A stretch of DNA of 63,668 bases, the filler included, from Olpidium bornovanus S191 (taxonomy: Eukaryota; Fungi; Olpidiomycota), in the NCBI GenBank assembly GCA_017911155.1. It is 33 parts of 33 records of this genome, joined end to end, with 100 filler letters (N's around TTAATTAATTAA, not from the genome) between each part and the next. Parts side by side here need not be neighbours in the genome. Positions count along the whole stretch, not along the records: positions 11,366 to 12,573 come from JAEFCI010011139.1; positions 12,674 to 13,857 come from JAEFCI010009819.1; positions 13,958 to 15,963 come from JAEFCI010002722.1; positions 16,064 to 17,608 come from JAEFCI010001884.1; positions 17,709 to 19,906 come from JAEFCI010003290.1; positions 20,007 to 21,039 come from JAEFCI010007567.1; positions 21,140 to 22,368 come from JAEFCI010000181.1; positions 22,469 to 28,061 come from JAEFCI010005507.1; 25 more parts are not named here. One strand, 5' to 3'. The position numbers and the translations under genes were made by a program. Numbering within the stretch: position 1 is the first letter of the stretch; the number at the start of each line of letters is the position of its first letter. The notes below the pieces were generated by a model that made no database searches, was not told the DNA's origin, and saw nothing but the letters and a program-made list of their open reading frames with translations. Positions 11,366 through 23,843 of this stretch are shown here, in pieces.

Positions 11366-12424
11366 ACCAGAAAACCTGTACTTCTTGATGATCCGCATTA
11401 GCTTGGACACGTCGTGGACCTCGCTGACGAAATTGCGCAGCACGTCGCCGGCCTCGTGCTTCTTCATCTCGCGCCTCAGCTTCATGAACCTCCTGAAGAC
11501 CTTGCCGATGACGTTGAACGCGGCGATCTTGGCTACCTCGATCCCGGCTTGCCGATGGTGTCTCCACGCCTTCTGGATGACGCGCGACGCTCGATCGTAC
11601 CGCATGTTCTCGACCTGCGAACGGCAAGCCTCCTTTTTTTTTTTCCCCGCGCATTACATAATTTCGTTGCGATGTGAATCATAAGAATTCCGTAGGTGAT
11701 TATTCAACCCGGCGAGGGAGGGACACCCTCCCGAAACGCAAACCTTTTTTTGTGCGTTCTTTTTCAGAAAGCCAAGACGCGGAAACAAACCTCCAAACGT
11801 TTTTTTATAAGGTACAGCTTGCTACCGAGGGTCATGAGGATACTCCACCTGCGTTGGATGGCCATGACCCGGAATTGTTGTTCTTTTAATTGGCGAGCGT
11901 GACGTTCCTGAAATGATAGACGGTTGTTGATCAAAATCAGACGGGAATGTGCGTGCTCGGGAGGAGGGGTGGGGGGGGAGGGAGGGACCCTCCAGCAATT
12001 TTGCAACGTTGGTAGAAATTCTCGGTTACTTCCGGGGGAATGTTTGCTTCACCTGGCCTATTATCGCCTCCCTCTGCTCTAAAGCTTCCAACTTGCGCTG
12101 TAATCTTTCGCCGTCCACCAGTTTTTTCTTTTGTCTGACGACGACAATGTGATCTGCGTGGGCTGCAGCCTGTCGGGGTGTGACATGACCGTGGCGGCCC
12201 AACAACAACGCGGTAGGTGAGGGGTATCTCCGGGTGTGCGTTTCCATCAACCCCGGGTTTCTCACCACGGGTCCCAACGAGAAGCATTAACCGTAGTTTC
12301 GTACAACGGATAGTATGGCTTTCCGCTGCATCTCGGGAGAGCATTGACCGACCAACTTGATGTTGTCGCGGATGACGTTCCGGTGGTGCACAACTTTCTC
12401 GGCGTCCTCCGCCCTGTATTGAGC
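11366..12424 (-). CDS. IQ-motif/coiled-coil protein, partial, possibly flagellum-associated
   Basis: Four GT-AG exons give QYRAEDAEKVVHHRNVIRDNIKL / ..ERLQRKLEALEQREAIIGQ / ..MAIQRRWSILMTLG.. / ..RASRVIQKAWRHHR..IIKKYRF, which contain IQxxWR-type motifs. The flagellar role is inference. Confidence 0.5.
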
Positions 12425-12515
12425 TGGGCGGCGGCGCCGGAGGTGACAATCAGAATTTTACCAGACCGCCTGGCAATTCGAAAGCGGCCGTCCGGGCGGC
12501 GCGGGGGGGAGGGAG

Positions 12516-12573
<58 letters not shown>

Positions 12574-13663
12574 NNNNNNNNNNNNNNNNNNNNNNNNNNN
12601 NNNNNNNNNNNNNNNNNTTAATTAATTAANNNNNNNNNNNNNNNNNNNNNNNNNNNNNNNNNNNNNNNNNNNNCATGTGTCCGCGGGCGGATTTGCCGCG
12701 TGTCCCGCTGTGTGGGAATGCCAGGCGTATGTGGCCCGGAGTGTGGAGCTCCGCGTGTGTGGAAACACCACACGTGTGGGACTCCCACGCGGTATTTTCC
12801 GGGGGGAAGAGTTACGTGGTGTGGAAAGATTTTTGTGAGTTTATTTGTTTTTGTTTTTTCTTGTTTTCAGTTTATTTGTTTATTTTTCGTTTTCTTTTGC
12901 TTTTGTACTTTTGGTTTTCTTTTATGGTTTTTTGGTTTGTTTTTTGGTTTCTTTTTTGGTTTGTTTTTAAATTTGTTCTTTTTTGGTTGTTTTTTTGTTT
13001 TTTGTTTTTGTTTTTTTTGGATTTTGATTCTTTTTTTCCGTCAGATGGTCCTTAAGCTCTCAGCCTGACGCGGACGCGGGGCTTCGGACGCCGGACGCAG
13101 TCTCTTTCCTGATTGGTTTTGGAGTAGGGGAGACGTGGGTTGCGTGCGAAACAACCCCCGATCCCCCAACCCCCCACCTCACCCCCCGTTGTTGGAGACT
13201 CGTCGTAGTGCCAATTTGGCACTTTAAAGTCCTGAAGAAAATTCCGCCCGCGCTGTCAGAGCGCCGCAGCGCGTGGCATTTTTAAAAACTCTTTCCGCTG
13301 TGCCAAATTCGACACAATCATGAGCCAATTTTCTCCTGTGAGGAAAAGCTCCACGGTGCTGGGCGGTCGATCGCCGATGCTCGTGTTGTGTTGGGCGTGA
13401 GCGCCTTCGCTCGCGTTTTCCGGGGAGGAAATAAGAAAAAAAAAATTGCTCGCGCGGGGCCTCGAAACCGGCCGCTGGCAAAGGTTCGTGTCTCATCGTT
13501 TTCGGCGGCCCCCCCCCCCTTCCCCGACCTCCCTACCCCCTCTCTCCCCCCCTGCCCACCAGTGGGGTTGCTGGCTGAAACGCCCTCTTTCTTTTCCCAT
13601 TTTTTCTTTCTCTTTCCCCCGAAACCGAAAGGAAGCCTCCTGCGATCTCCGCCCAATTGGAAG

Positions 13664-13742
13664 ATGATCAGCCCGTCAAGATTGTACTACCGCATGTCCG
13701 ACGGCGGCCCGTCAATCTTACGCGAAGTCCTAGAACCCAGAG
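13664..13742 (+). CDS. Single exon resembling the N-terminus of a TTLL2-like tubulin glutamylase
   Basis: MISPSRLYYRMSDGGPSILREVLEPRG followed by a gtgag donor. It resembles the F/Y-R-x(4)-P-x-L(L/V)-R-x-V-L-x-x-R-G-W stretch of TTLL2; short, from memory only. Confidence 0.3.
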
Positions 13743-16065
13743 GTGAGACGTGCCTTTGTGAATCGTGCCGACGTGAGCCGTGCCTCGCGGACTCCCACCT
13801 TCCCGCCCCTCCGCCCCTTCCCCCACTGAGCACGGACGTTTGCGCAACGTTCGCAGGNNNNNNNNNNNNNNNNNNNNNNNNNNNNNNNNNNNNNNNNNNN
13901 NTTAATTAATTAANNNNNNNNNNNNNNNNNNNNNNNNNNNNNNNNNNNNNNNNNNNNGCAACGGCACTCCCGCCTCGTCCCACCGACTTTGGGTTTTTAC
14001 AGTATGCTGACAACTCAAAAACAGACGTTCACTTCGGACATAAATTATACCTCGGGGGCAATCTACACTTTCATGGAAGCGTGGAGCCCGGTGACCGCCG
14101 CCCTCAACAGCGCGCGGTCGGCCGGTATAACGATCTCACGCAAACAGCTACGGTACGCGTCGATCGTAATTTCCCGGAAATTTTCTTTGCTTTCTGGGAA
14201 AGCATCGACCCCGAGGTTATAATTAACAATTTTCCGGGCCCCTTCCACCCCAGATATATTGGGTCTGGGATGGCGACCGCCATCGTCTCGAGAGTGTCGG
14301 GTATGGTTTTCCTAACACGCGGCCCTCTCCTTCGCTCTTCCGAAGGGGTGAGAGAGAAAGAAAGAGGGAATTATGTCAGCACCCGTCCGCGCGGGTGACG
14401 AGATTAGCAAGCGGGCATCGTGGGATAGCAAAACCTGGAAACCTTCTACGGGGTCCTGGCTCGCGCAGTGCGGGTCAGAGGAATCGGACGCGCGATGGGG
14501 GCGGGAGCCCCGCCGGAGTCGGCGGGAGACCCCGGGGAAGCGGCCGCGTCGGAGGCGGTATTCGGCAGGGGGCCTCCGCGGTGGCTGTCGGGCCCACGCC
14601 GGTGTCCTCGGAATGTGGCAGCGTCACTGAAGAAAAAACAGAAACCAGAAAACGCGGGAACGGTAACAGACACCATAACACGCACCTTGGGACAAAGAGC
14701 ATGAACAAGCACGCTTCCGGGATAACATCGGCGTCAGTGTTCGCACCTCTCCCACCGTCTCATGCTCTCTACAGCCAACTTGCAATTTGGAAGCATAGAT
14801 GTGCATGTTTCAGACGTCTTTATACCGAGAGCGCAATCTTTATTTGTACTTTGTCTGAACGAGGAATCGAATGCGGCAACCGCCGCCCCCAAAAGGGGCG
14901 CAGTCGCCGTTTCTGATATTACGCCCCTGAAACAGCTGCGACAGCTTAGACCGTTATGTTTGGGAAGGCTTCCACCGTCTTGGCTAGACCCGTACTGCCT
15001 CACGCGGTCCTTCCTGATGCAGGGGTCGCGTTATTATCAAGTGCGCCCCTGCATAAAAAGCCCCCGAAAGAAAACTCGAGAAGCTTAAGTCGGTTGCGGT
15101 TCGTCCGTGAAGTAGAGGCGGGCTGTCGGAGTTTGTTGCGGGATGTGCTCAGATTCCGAATCCGTGGGCTTGATGCGGACAACAAGGGTGTGGTTGCCGG
15201 CAACCGATTCCGCTCACCTGAGGGGGGAGTTGGTCGATGTAGGCGGGAAGCCGGCGGAGTCAATCTTTTGGCTGACGAAGGTATTGTCGGCGATGAGCTC
15301 GGTGCCGAGGCTGGATGAGAGTTTGGGCGGCGTCAATAGCATCGCCGCCGCCTCTGATTATTTTTATTCCTTTCAGATATTCTGTTTTTGTGGCATGCCG
15401 AAGCTTTCCACTCACAGAATCAGAGGCATGCGTTTCACGCGTTGAGGAACTCACACAGAAGTTCCGCCTGGTGTGGGAAGCGCTCGTAAGTCATTGTAAT
15501 TGGACACCATCGCGGCCGGCGGCGTTTTAGCTGTTTGTTACGCTCGTGGCTCCATCGGACCGGGTCCGGTTGTCAATTGGAAGTCTGGGCAGGGGGCCTG
15601 CCCTGTCCTGCGTTGTGAAGCAGTTTCCTCCGGCATTTTGTGATGATCTGCACCGCTGCCGGTCTTATCGAATCCCACCATTCAATGAATTCCGACGGGC
15701 CGCTCTTACACCGACGGGGAGGCGTCCTCCCCCCCCCCCCCCCCCCCTCCCCCCCCCCCCCCCCCCGGGAACCCAAGCCCGAGAACACCGCCCCCCCCCC
15801 AGGGAAGGGGGGGGGGGGGGGGAGGAGGGGGCGGCACGACCTCCTGTAGGCAAAAAAAAAACGTTGCTTACTAGCGAGAGATCCCCCCCGTGTCCTCGTC
15901 GTTCCGTCCGCCGGCTGCCGTGTCGCTTTGTTCCGCCCGCCCGCTCGCTTCCCGGGCGGTTTANNNNNNNNNNNNNNNNNNNNNNNNNNNNNNNNNNNNN
16001 NNNNNNNTTAATTAATTAANNNNNNNNNNNNNNNNNNNNNNNNNNNNNNNNNNNNNNNNNNNNCC

Positions 16066-17351
16066 ATGGCCGCCATATCCGAGGCCGTGGAGCTGCGGTC
16101 GGAGGATTTGAAATTCCTGGACATCACATCGCGCCTCTGGGGCGTCGCGGACATCACCGTCAAGGCAGAAGTAAATTTTCTCCCTCTCTCAAATTCCGGA
16201 TCGAGCCGGCTCAACTTCGCGGGGCCTGGCTGTCCCGAAACGGCAAAAGTTTATATTTTCCGTGACAAATCGCTTTTGCAGATGACTCGCAGCAACAACG
16301 CGGCAGCTGACCTGACGCAGGACGTGGAGAAGTTTTCCAGCCATATAGTTTACGTAAGGTCTTAATGATCTGTCCACACGTCTGTGCTTTGGGGGAGGAG
16401 GAGTGGTTCTTTCCCGCTACCCCCTGACATTGAACGGTCTCTCGCGCCGCTTGCGGCGCGTACAGCCGCATGTGGACACCGACGAGGAACGGCTTAGCCG
16501 GGTTCTCCAGGAGTGCGAACGCGCTCGACTGAGCATCCATGCTCGGGGAATGTATCTGAGCTGCTTCACGGGAGCTCCGCCGTCAACCCCTTCTCCGGAC
16601 ACGGGACTCTCCCCAAACGTGCTTCAGGTGTCTTTTGACGCCTGGAAGGAAAGCCAAAAATCTTTGCACTACGCCAAGAGTTCCAGAAGGTTTTTTTTTT
16701 TTTTTTTTTTTCCTACTTTCCTTATCCTTTTCCTTTTTTCTCTTTTTCTTTCTCTTTTCTTTTCTTTTTTTTTTTATCACGTGCGGGGGCAAAGCCGAAC
16801 TGTCTGTCAAGTTTTTGGGGGGTTTTCGCTTACAAACGCAAAACGGACAATTGCAATCAGGCAGCGAGCGAAGTCTTCGGCGGAACACGCAAAAAGAGCG
16901 GCCTCGGCAACGTCCGCTTTGAAGTCAGGAGCGAGAGAAAGGTATATAAAAAGGGGGAGAGGTGGAACCAATCGAAACGACGTAGGGCGGAAGGAATTGA
17001 ACCCGAATGTGGCAATTCAGATAACTTTTATTGACCTTCGAAAGTCCCGTTGCTCAAGCGCCGACATGAACTCGGAGAATTTTAGGGAGATTTCGCAGAG
17101 GGCTCTTGACGTCGCTTTGCAATCGGTGTTACAAGCCGGTGAGGTACGTAAGAAACAAAGAGAGCAAACACCGCGCTCTGAAGAAACGCAAGCCCTCTCT
17201 CACCTTCCATCAGGATTTTTTCAGAAAAAAGGGCATCAGGCCCATACACTGTAGCGAGCGGGTGCCGCCCAACCTACCCGCGTTCACGGCGTCAGCGACG
17301 GAGCACGCGGGGCAGTTGAGGGCCAAATACGAGGGCTATCGCAAACAACAG
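16066..17351 (+). CDS. Hypothetical spliced protein, partial
   Basis: Several helical-looking exons flanked by polypyrimidine-AG and GT sites (e.g. DEERLSRVLQECERARL, NFREISQRALDVALQSVLQA). No family recognised. Confidence 0.4.
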
Positions 17352-17708
17352 GTCGCGAGTACGTGGGTTTGGCATTCCCCTCCTATCAGTTCCTCCCCCC
17401 CCCCTCTCCTCTCTCCCCGCGATGGCCGCTCTCCGTGGGATGTCTAGCCACGGTCCGAATTTTGCAAACGCGCTTCCCGTCTTCCGCTTTTTTTTTTTTT
17501 TTTTTTTTTTTTTGCGGCCGTCTTTCGTGCAGATTTTCGGGAACAGCTGGCGCGCCTGTGGAACGCGTCTGGTGCCCTCTGCGAAAACATGAAGATCACG
17601 TGATTGGCNNNNNNNNNNNNNNNNNNNNNNNNNNNNNNNNNNNNNNNNNNNNTTAATTAATTAANNNNNNNNNNNNNNNNNNNNNNNNNNNNNNNNNNNN
17701 NNNNNNNN

Positions 17709-18557
17709 CATGGCCGGCGACGCGGGACCTGTTACTCCATCGAAATCGGCCATTGTAATATCGTCGGGAAGGCTTCCGAGCTGCCTTGCAAGAAGGGCCG
17801 TTTCTTCAAAATATTTGTTTAATATCGCGCGATGGGCACCCAGCTCCTGTTGTCAAAAAAATCTACGATTTTTGAGCCTTAGCGGTGAAAGATTAACTTC
17901 GACAGAATATTCAGCAGGAGAAACCCCCGACCTTGTTTAGTTTAATGTGCACTTGACGCAGACTGTCGAAGTGCTTGATCGGTGTGCATTGTGTTGGGGT
18001 TGCCAACAGGAACTGATCCGCATTATAGCCTAAGGTAGATGCTGTGCGGTGAATAGAACCCTGGCGCACAGACGTCTTAATAGCAAGGAAGCATGGGAGT
18101 TCGGGTCACGAACAAAAACAGGCAAAACTGCCCAACCTACCGTGAGGTCTTCATTGATTGCAACAAGGGTTCGCCGGTCGCGGATGGCGGCGTCCAGCAG
18201 GGAGTCAAGGCTATGCATAACGTCCTGGGCGATTTCGAAAAGCGCGGTGAGGCCGACAGATAACAACTGAAACGCGACGAGACACGCGACGAGACACGCG
18301 GCGCGCACAAGGTACTTCTGCCGGAGCCACGTTTCGGCATCTTCCTGCACCGAAAACGGAGGGGATTCTGCGGAGACTGCTGCGTCGGGGCCCGCGCCTG
18401 GAAAAGCGTGCGGCGGCCGAGGTGGCGGTGACGCGCGGTCGGTTCGCCGCCCCTGCGACCCCGGCGGGAGCGCCCCGCGCGTCGGCTGGCCTGATCCGGC
18501 CAGGTAGCTCTCGTAAACGCTCTGCAGGACGGCGAGCCTCGTTGATATGCCGTCCAT
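17709..18557 (-). CDS. Helical coiled-coil protein, 5' part, possibly MAP65/Ase1/PRC1 family
   Basis: Five GT-AG exons: MDGISTRLAVLQSVYESYL..LFEIAQDVMHSLDSLLDAAIRDRRTLVAINEDLT-GSIHRTASTLG..SLRQVHIKLNK-ELGAHRAILNKYFEETALLARQLG. The pattern is reminiscent of the PRC1 N-terminus. Confidence 0.35.
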
Positions 18558-18718
18558 GGCGTTCCGGTGGCGCTGGCGGCGGCGGCGGCGGCGGCGGGCC
18601 AAAAGGTTTTCGCGTTGGAGCAACAGGCGCCTCCCCGCCTCCCCCCGCCTTCTCCCGCCGGTTCCGCAGCGGATGAGAAACCGCCGGGGCGGCGGATCAC
18701 CCCCCCCCCCCCCCCCCC

Positions 18719-18777
<59 letters not shown>

Positions 18778-19333
18778 CGGGATTATGGACAGACCAACAC
18801 GTCATCGGTCGATTGCGGCACGCGAAAGGGAAAAACAGTCGTCGGCTGTCGGTTTTTTCGTGGTTGGGCGCGCTCTCGAGACTCCAAACAATCATCTCTG
18901 GTGCCGGCGGACGTTCGGAACCCGGCTTCGCAGCGAAAAAAAAAAAAAAAAAAAAAACTCGGACGCCGGTCCCTAAGTCCTTTGTGGAACTCGGAGAAAC
19001 GAAAAGAGACCGGGCTCCCTCTTCGACGGACGCTCCCGCCGCAAATTCTTGGTGCGGCCGGAGAATCCGCGGAGTCATAAGTTTGGCGGTTCCGGGAGCG
19101 CGTTTCGGACGAAAAATTCTGCGCCGGGGGAGAAAACGACCCGAAATCTGGGAAACCCCCCCCCCCCCCCCCGGGGCGCCGAGAGAAGAAATTTTTGTTT
19201 TTTTTTTTCGCCCTGCCTGTTAACAGCCCTCCCCCCCACCAATACACAACACACCAGCTCCGAAACGGAAACCGCCCGAAAAAGTCCCAAGCAGTAAAAA
19301 AAATTTTCTCACTGCCGCTACGTCGACGATGCG

Positions 19334-19367
<34 letters not shown>

Positions 19368-21587
19368 CCGGGGGCCAGCACCGGGAATTTCCTCCAAAAG
19401 TCAAATGATTCCAAGCAGGGCAACCGTCGGCGCCGGAACGGCCTTGAGCTCCGAGGAGGAGAGAGGGGGGGAGGGGGCGTGGTGCGGCCCCAGAATCAAA
19501 GAATCAATCCGTTTCGACATTTCGACAGAAGGGGGCCGGAAGCGCGGAACGCGTGGGCCCCTGGTTTGGATTCTGCCTGGAAAAGCGCGCGGAGCTCCGA
19601 TCCTGCGCTTTCTCGCTCGATGGTAGGGGCCTATCAATCAAAAAGATTTCAAATCAAACAGCCTTTGAATAAAAATTTCTGAACATTTTTGGTCGAGCTG
19701 GGCAAAGATTTGTTGAGCGGAAGGAAAAATCTTGATCGAGCCGGGCAAATTGTTAGATGGGAACCGTCGGGTCTGGTCAACTGGAGCATGCTGCCGTAGA
19801 CCCCTGATTGCAAGGCAATCGACGCGGAATATGGATTTCTGTGCGAAATGCAAATCGACGGATACGTTCGTGGAATTCGATTTCCGTGCGAATTTTCGTA
19901 GATGGCNNNNNNNNNNNNNNNNNNNNNNNNNNNNNNNNNNNNNNNNNNNNTTAATTAATTAANNNNNNNNNNNNNNNNNNNNNNNNNNNNNNNNNNNNNN
20001 NNNNNNTTGTCTAAACTCGACATTTGCGCACGTTATCGTTGGAGAGTGCTTCTCGCTTCCGCTTTCCTTTTTCTTTTATTATTTCGGAGCGTTTAAGCGC
20101 CGGAAGCCGGGCGTTGGTTCGGGCATGTGACCCTTCGGGCGTTGCCAAAAGCCAAAACGAGCTCGGGTTGCTTCCCGGAAAAACGGTGCTTTAGTTAACC
20201 GGTCAGATCCGGGAATTTCGGCAGTGATTCATCCGGCTTTTAACCGTGATCTAAATTGCATCCCCCTCCCCCTCCCGCCGCCCTTTTCTCCTCTCCGCCC
20301 CAGAATTGTCTCGCGGTGCACTTTCTGCATTGTGCGAGGGTGCAAGTTTAGGCCGCGCGTTGATGCACGGAGGGCGGTTGGCCTCGAAGCGGGATTCCGC
20401 AGATGGGCCGCGTGCTCGCCGCGATCCCGATTTTTCATTTATCCACGTCGATGGATGGCCTGCGCGAGCTCGTTTCGGGGCAAAAGCTCGCTTTGGCCCG
20501 TTCGCGTGAAAAGCGTTACGAGCGCAAAACGGAACTGTCGGCGACTCGTCTTCCGCGTCTCCCGACTGAGCCTTGATGACAGTGCACGGGGCCGGGAGCA
20601 GGGGCGTGGGGGCCCGGGTGGGCGGCGAGGTTGCATTTGATTTTTTTTTTTCTTCAGGTAAGAGCAGAGCAAAACGTAACAGGTGCCAAAAGGAAGCGGG
20701 GTGCTTGCTCCCCCGTAATCCCGCTCCGTTCATCACCTCGGAAGGATAATCCCACAGGAAAGGGACTCGGTCATCGCAGTTTTTACCGGCAAAAATCTAT
20801 ATCGTGCTCCGGACGGCACTGTACTTGGGCGTGGCGATGCACTCGGCGGCGACGTCAGAGATTAGCCCAGCGCAGCGCAGCGAGGGGTAGCGTGTTCCGT
20901 TGCCTGCGATGCACAAAGCTAGATCGGACCGGAGCAAAAAAAAAAGAGCGGCGCGGACCCCCCCCCCCCCAAAAAAAAAAAAAAAAAAAAAACCGGGGGG
21001 CCGGTCTGGGGAAAAAAAAAAGGGGGAAAGGGAAAAAAANNNNNNNNNNNNNNNNNNNNNNNNNNNNNNNNNNNNNNNNNNNNTTAATTAATTAANNNNN
21101 NNNNNNNNNNNNNNNNNNNNNNNNNNNNNNNNNNNNNNNATCGTCAGGTCAATTGTTCCAAGCCCGCTTGCAAGTCCTACTGCCTTGGCGTATTTCATTA
21201 TCTCGCTTTCCGCATTGGTGATGGGCCCTTGCTCCCCTTAGCAATCGCGGACATCTCATGCATATTCTGGCCGCGAGTCCTGGCCGGCCGATTGCGCCTC
21301 GGGCAAGACCGCTAGTGTAGGCAGCAAGAGCCTGCCAGTTGCCATCACTGCTGTGCTGCACATGGTTGAGGCGACTCCGCATCCTAGTGTAATGAAGGAG
21401 CATCCAACTTCGAGTGCTCGCAGTGCAACTTGTGCGTCGCTGTACCCTTCTCTGTCGGACGCGATTCTTGCCTCAATGTCGAACCACACAGTGCGGCGGA
21501 AGGCAGGTTACGCAGCAGCGGGGACCACGGGGAGAGAGAAAAAGGAGCCGTGTTTGCCGACGTGACGCGGGGGGTGGGGGGGGTGGG

Positions 21588-21967
21588 TGAAGGCCCCCCT
21601 TCTGCAAGTCGCGCGCGCCTCTCTACCAAGCTGTGTATTCCCGCCGAGTTATAATATAACGCCCGCCCAAGTCCGCCGGGACCTTCCCGGAACAGAACTT
21701 TTTGATTGCTGTGACGACCGGGTCACCAAAAAAAAAAAAAAAAAAAAAAGGTACGTAGAAACCCGCGTGGCTCCTATAGGAATCACCCGTTCCCCCCTTT
21801 TTCCTCCCCTTGTAGAAGCGCCACAACCGTTGCAGTATAAAAGGGGCTTGTAATCCCGTATGTAGAAGTTCTACAAGATAGCGAACAGCTCAAAACAGAA
21901 AGCTCCTGCCCGTCTTCCCGTCCCCGTTCGGCCACCTGCCACGCTCTGTGGAAGTAGAAATCCTTCA
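21588..21967 (+). mobile_element. LTR (380 nt) of a retrotransposon
   Basis: Termini TGAAGG...CCTTCA form a 6-nt inverted repeat with TG..CA ends. TATAAAA at 21836-21842, and a G-rich PPT-like run lies immediately upstream. No TSD seen. Confidence 0.65.
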
Positions 21968-22085
21968 GGCAAGGGGGGGGGGGGGGGGGGGAGGGGGGGG
22001 GGGGGGGCGGATCTGGAAAAGCGGGAGGAAAGCACGTCGGAAAAAAAAAAGTTCGCGGGGTTTTTTTTTTTTTTTTTTTTTTTTC

Positions 22086-22200
22086 CCCGAACCGTTTGAA
22101 ATTAGGTTAGGGTCTACAGGAGTTCTCTTTTTTTTTTCCGCCTTCGCCGTCACCCCACGTGATACCGTAACACCCACGCCACGTGGCCCGTAACCCGTCC
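22086..22200. repeat. Interspersed repeat copy A (probable DNA-transposon terminus)
   Basis: Shares an identical 23-mer TTAGGTTAGGGTCTACAGGAGTT (22102-22124) and downstream CCACGTG/CGTAAC motifs with 46618-46710 on a different contig. Confidence 0.8.
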
Positions 22201-22277
22201 GCACTGACCATTTCACCGCCAGCTTTCAGCATCGGTGGTGGTGGTGGGGGGGGGGGGGGGGGGGGGGGGCCCGCGCG

Positions 22278-22347
<70 letters not shown>

Positions 22348-22557
22348 GTGTGTGTGTGTGGGGGAAAGNNNNNNNNNNNNNNNNNNNNNNNNNNNNNNNN
22401 NNNNNNNNNNNNTTAATTAATTAANNNNNNNNNNNNNNNNNNNNNNNNNNNNNNNNNNNNNNNNNNNNCATGAGCAGTTGTCGCCGTCTGCTAACTTCCT
22501 TTTTTTGTTTTCCCTTATTTTGTTGGTTTTTTTTTCCCTCCCTCCCGTCTGGCCCGG

Positions 22558-23456
22558 ATGAAAACAGCAGCGCTGGCGCGCGGCCGGGAGGCCGCCCGAA
22601 AGGAGTGTGTGGACAGCTTCCGAAAGCCGCTCTCGCGTTTGGTAAACGGCGACGGCGGCGTCGCGCAACCGCTGCCGCGGCCGGATCGGTACACGCCGTG
22701 GCAGTCGCCGGGGCAACAACCCAGAAAGGTCTTTTCCGCGCAGGAGGCCTTGCTGGTCGTCGACTACTTCTGCAAAAGGTGGAAAAGGACGGAGGAGGGA
22801 GGCGTCTTTGTTTTTTTCTTTTTTTTTCCTTTCTTTCCGTCGTCTTCCCCCACGCGCTCATCTCCCTCTGTTGCGGGAGGAGAAGCAGGAGGAGACAGAG
22901 AAAGAAAAAAGCTCGCCTTTTTCGGCTCAAAATTCGCTGCGTCACCCCCTTCCCGTTGGTGTGCTCAGCTACATTCAGCACATCCGGCTGATCGAATGCG
23001 CTTTCACTCAACATCAAGCCGTTGACACCAAAGCGCGACGATTGTCCCTGGAAAAGGTCGCGGTCCCTCCCCCTCTGTCGACGGGAATGCCCGAGGAGCA
23101 TTGGCTCGAGCACCTGAAGCAGGAGGAGGAGCGGCGGCAAATGGAGGCTGCGGAGGTGTGTTCGTGCGCGTGTGTGCGCGGGCGCGGGCGCGGGCGCGGG
23201 TGCGCGTGTTTCTCTCCAACTAACTCCTCTGCCACCATCCGCAGCAGCAGGCGCGGTTGCAGGCGCTGCAGGAGGAAGCGCTCCTCGCGAGCTATCGCAA
23301 TAAGGAAGTGAAGTTCCAAGACGAGAATGACGGCGCGCACGTTTCGACATCGACCGGTAACGTGAGACAAACGTCCGTCCTGTTTTCTCCCGCTCCCCGA
23401 ATCCCGACAAAAAAACGGCAGGGAGGACCAGGCATTACCCTCCCTCCCTCTTAACT

Positions 23457-23487
<31 letters not shown>

Positions 23488-23843
23488 TGTTTTTCGGGGC
23501 CTCAGCCGTGCCGTACCAGCCCTACCAGCAGCCGATGCCGCCGCCTCCGGTCTTACCAGAGGACCGGCCGATGCGGTCAACGTCCGACGTCACGTCCTTG
23601 GCTGTCTCTGTCGCCTCGTCCCACCTGGATGCCCTCACCGCCCACTTCCAGGGCTACCTCCAGCACGACCACCGCCAACACGTGGAGCGGCTGCAGAGGG
23701 TCCAGGAGATGGCCAAGAAAGACCCGACGAGCGGCGCGTCACCGGCCCCGTCCGCGCCAGCGCCCGGGGCCGAGAAAGCGGCTTCGCCCGCGCCGGCCGG
23801 AAAGACGAGGGTAAAGAGCGCCAAGGACAGCCCTGGCAAGTGA
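22558..23843 (+). CDS. Flagellar C1a-32 (CLAMP)/CABCOCO1-like protein, 5' truncated, spliced
   Basis: Spliced KVFSAQEALLVVDYFCK-SYIQHIRLIECAFTQHQ..LSLEKVAVPPPLSTGM matches the recalled family pattern FS..E...I.DY...TY..H..LY...FT..Q....L.+E....P.PL.EG. It ends in a coiled coil and a low-complexity tail. Confidence 0.6.

Noticed and set aside
13207-13223. Palindrome as an RFX X-box upstream of a putative ciliary gene
   Set aside because: It lacks the GTTGCC/GGCAAC half-sites and spacing of X-boxes.
22102-22112. TTAGGTTAGGG as a telomere
   Set aside because: Only about two units, internal to the contig and part of a dispersed repeat.
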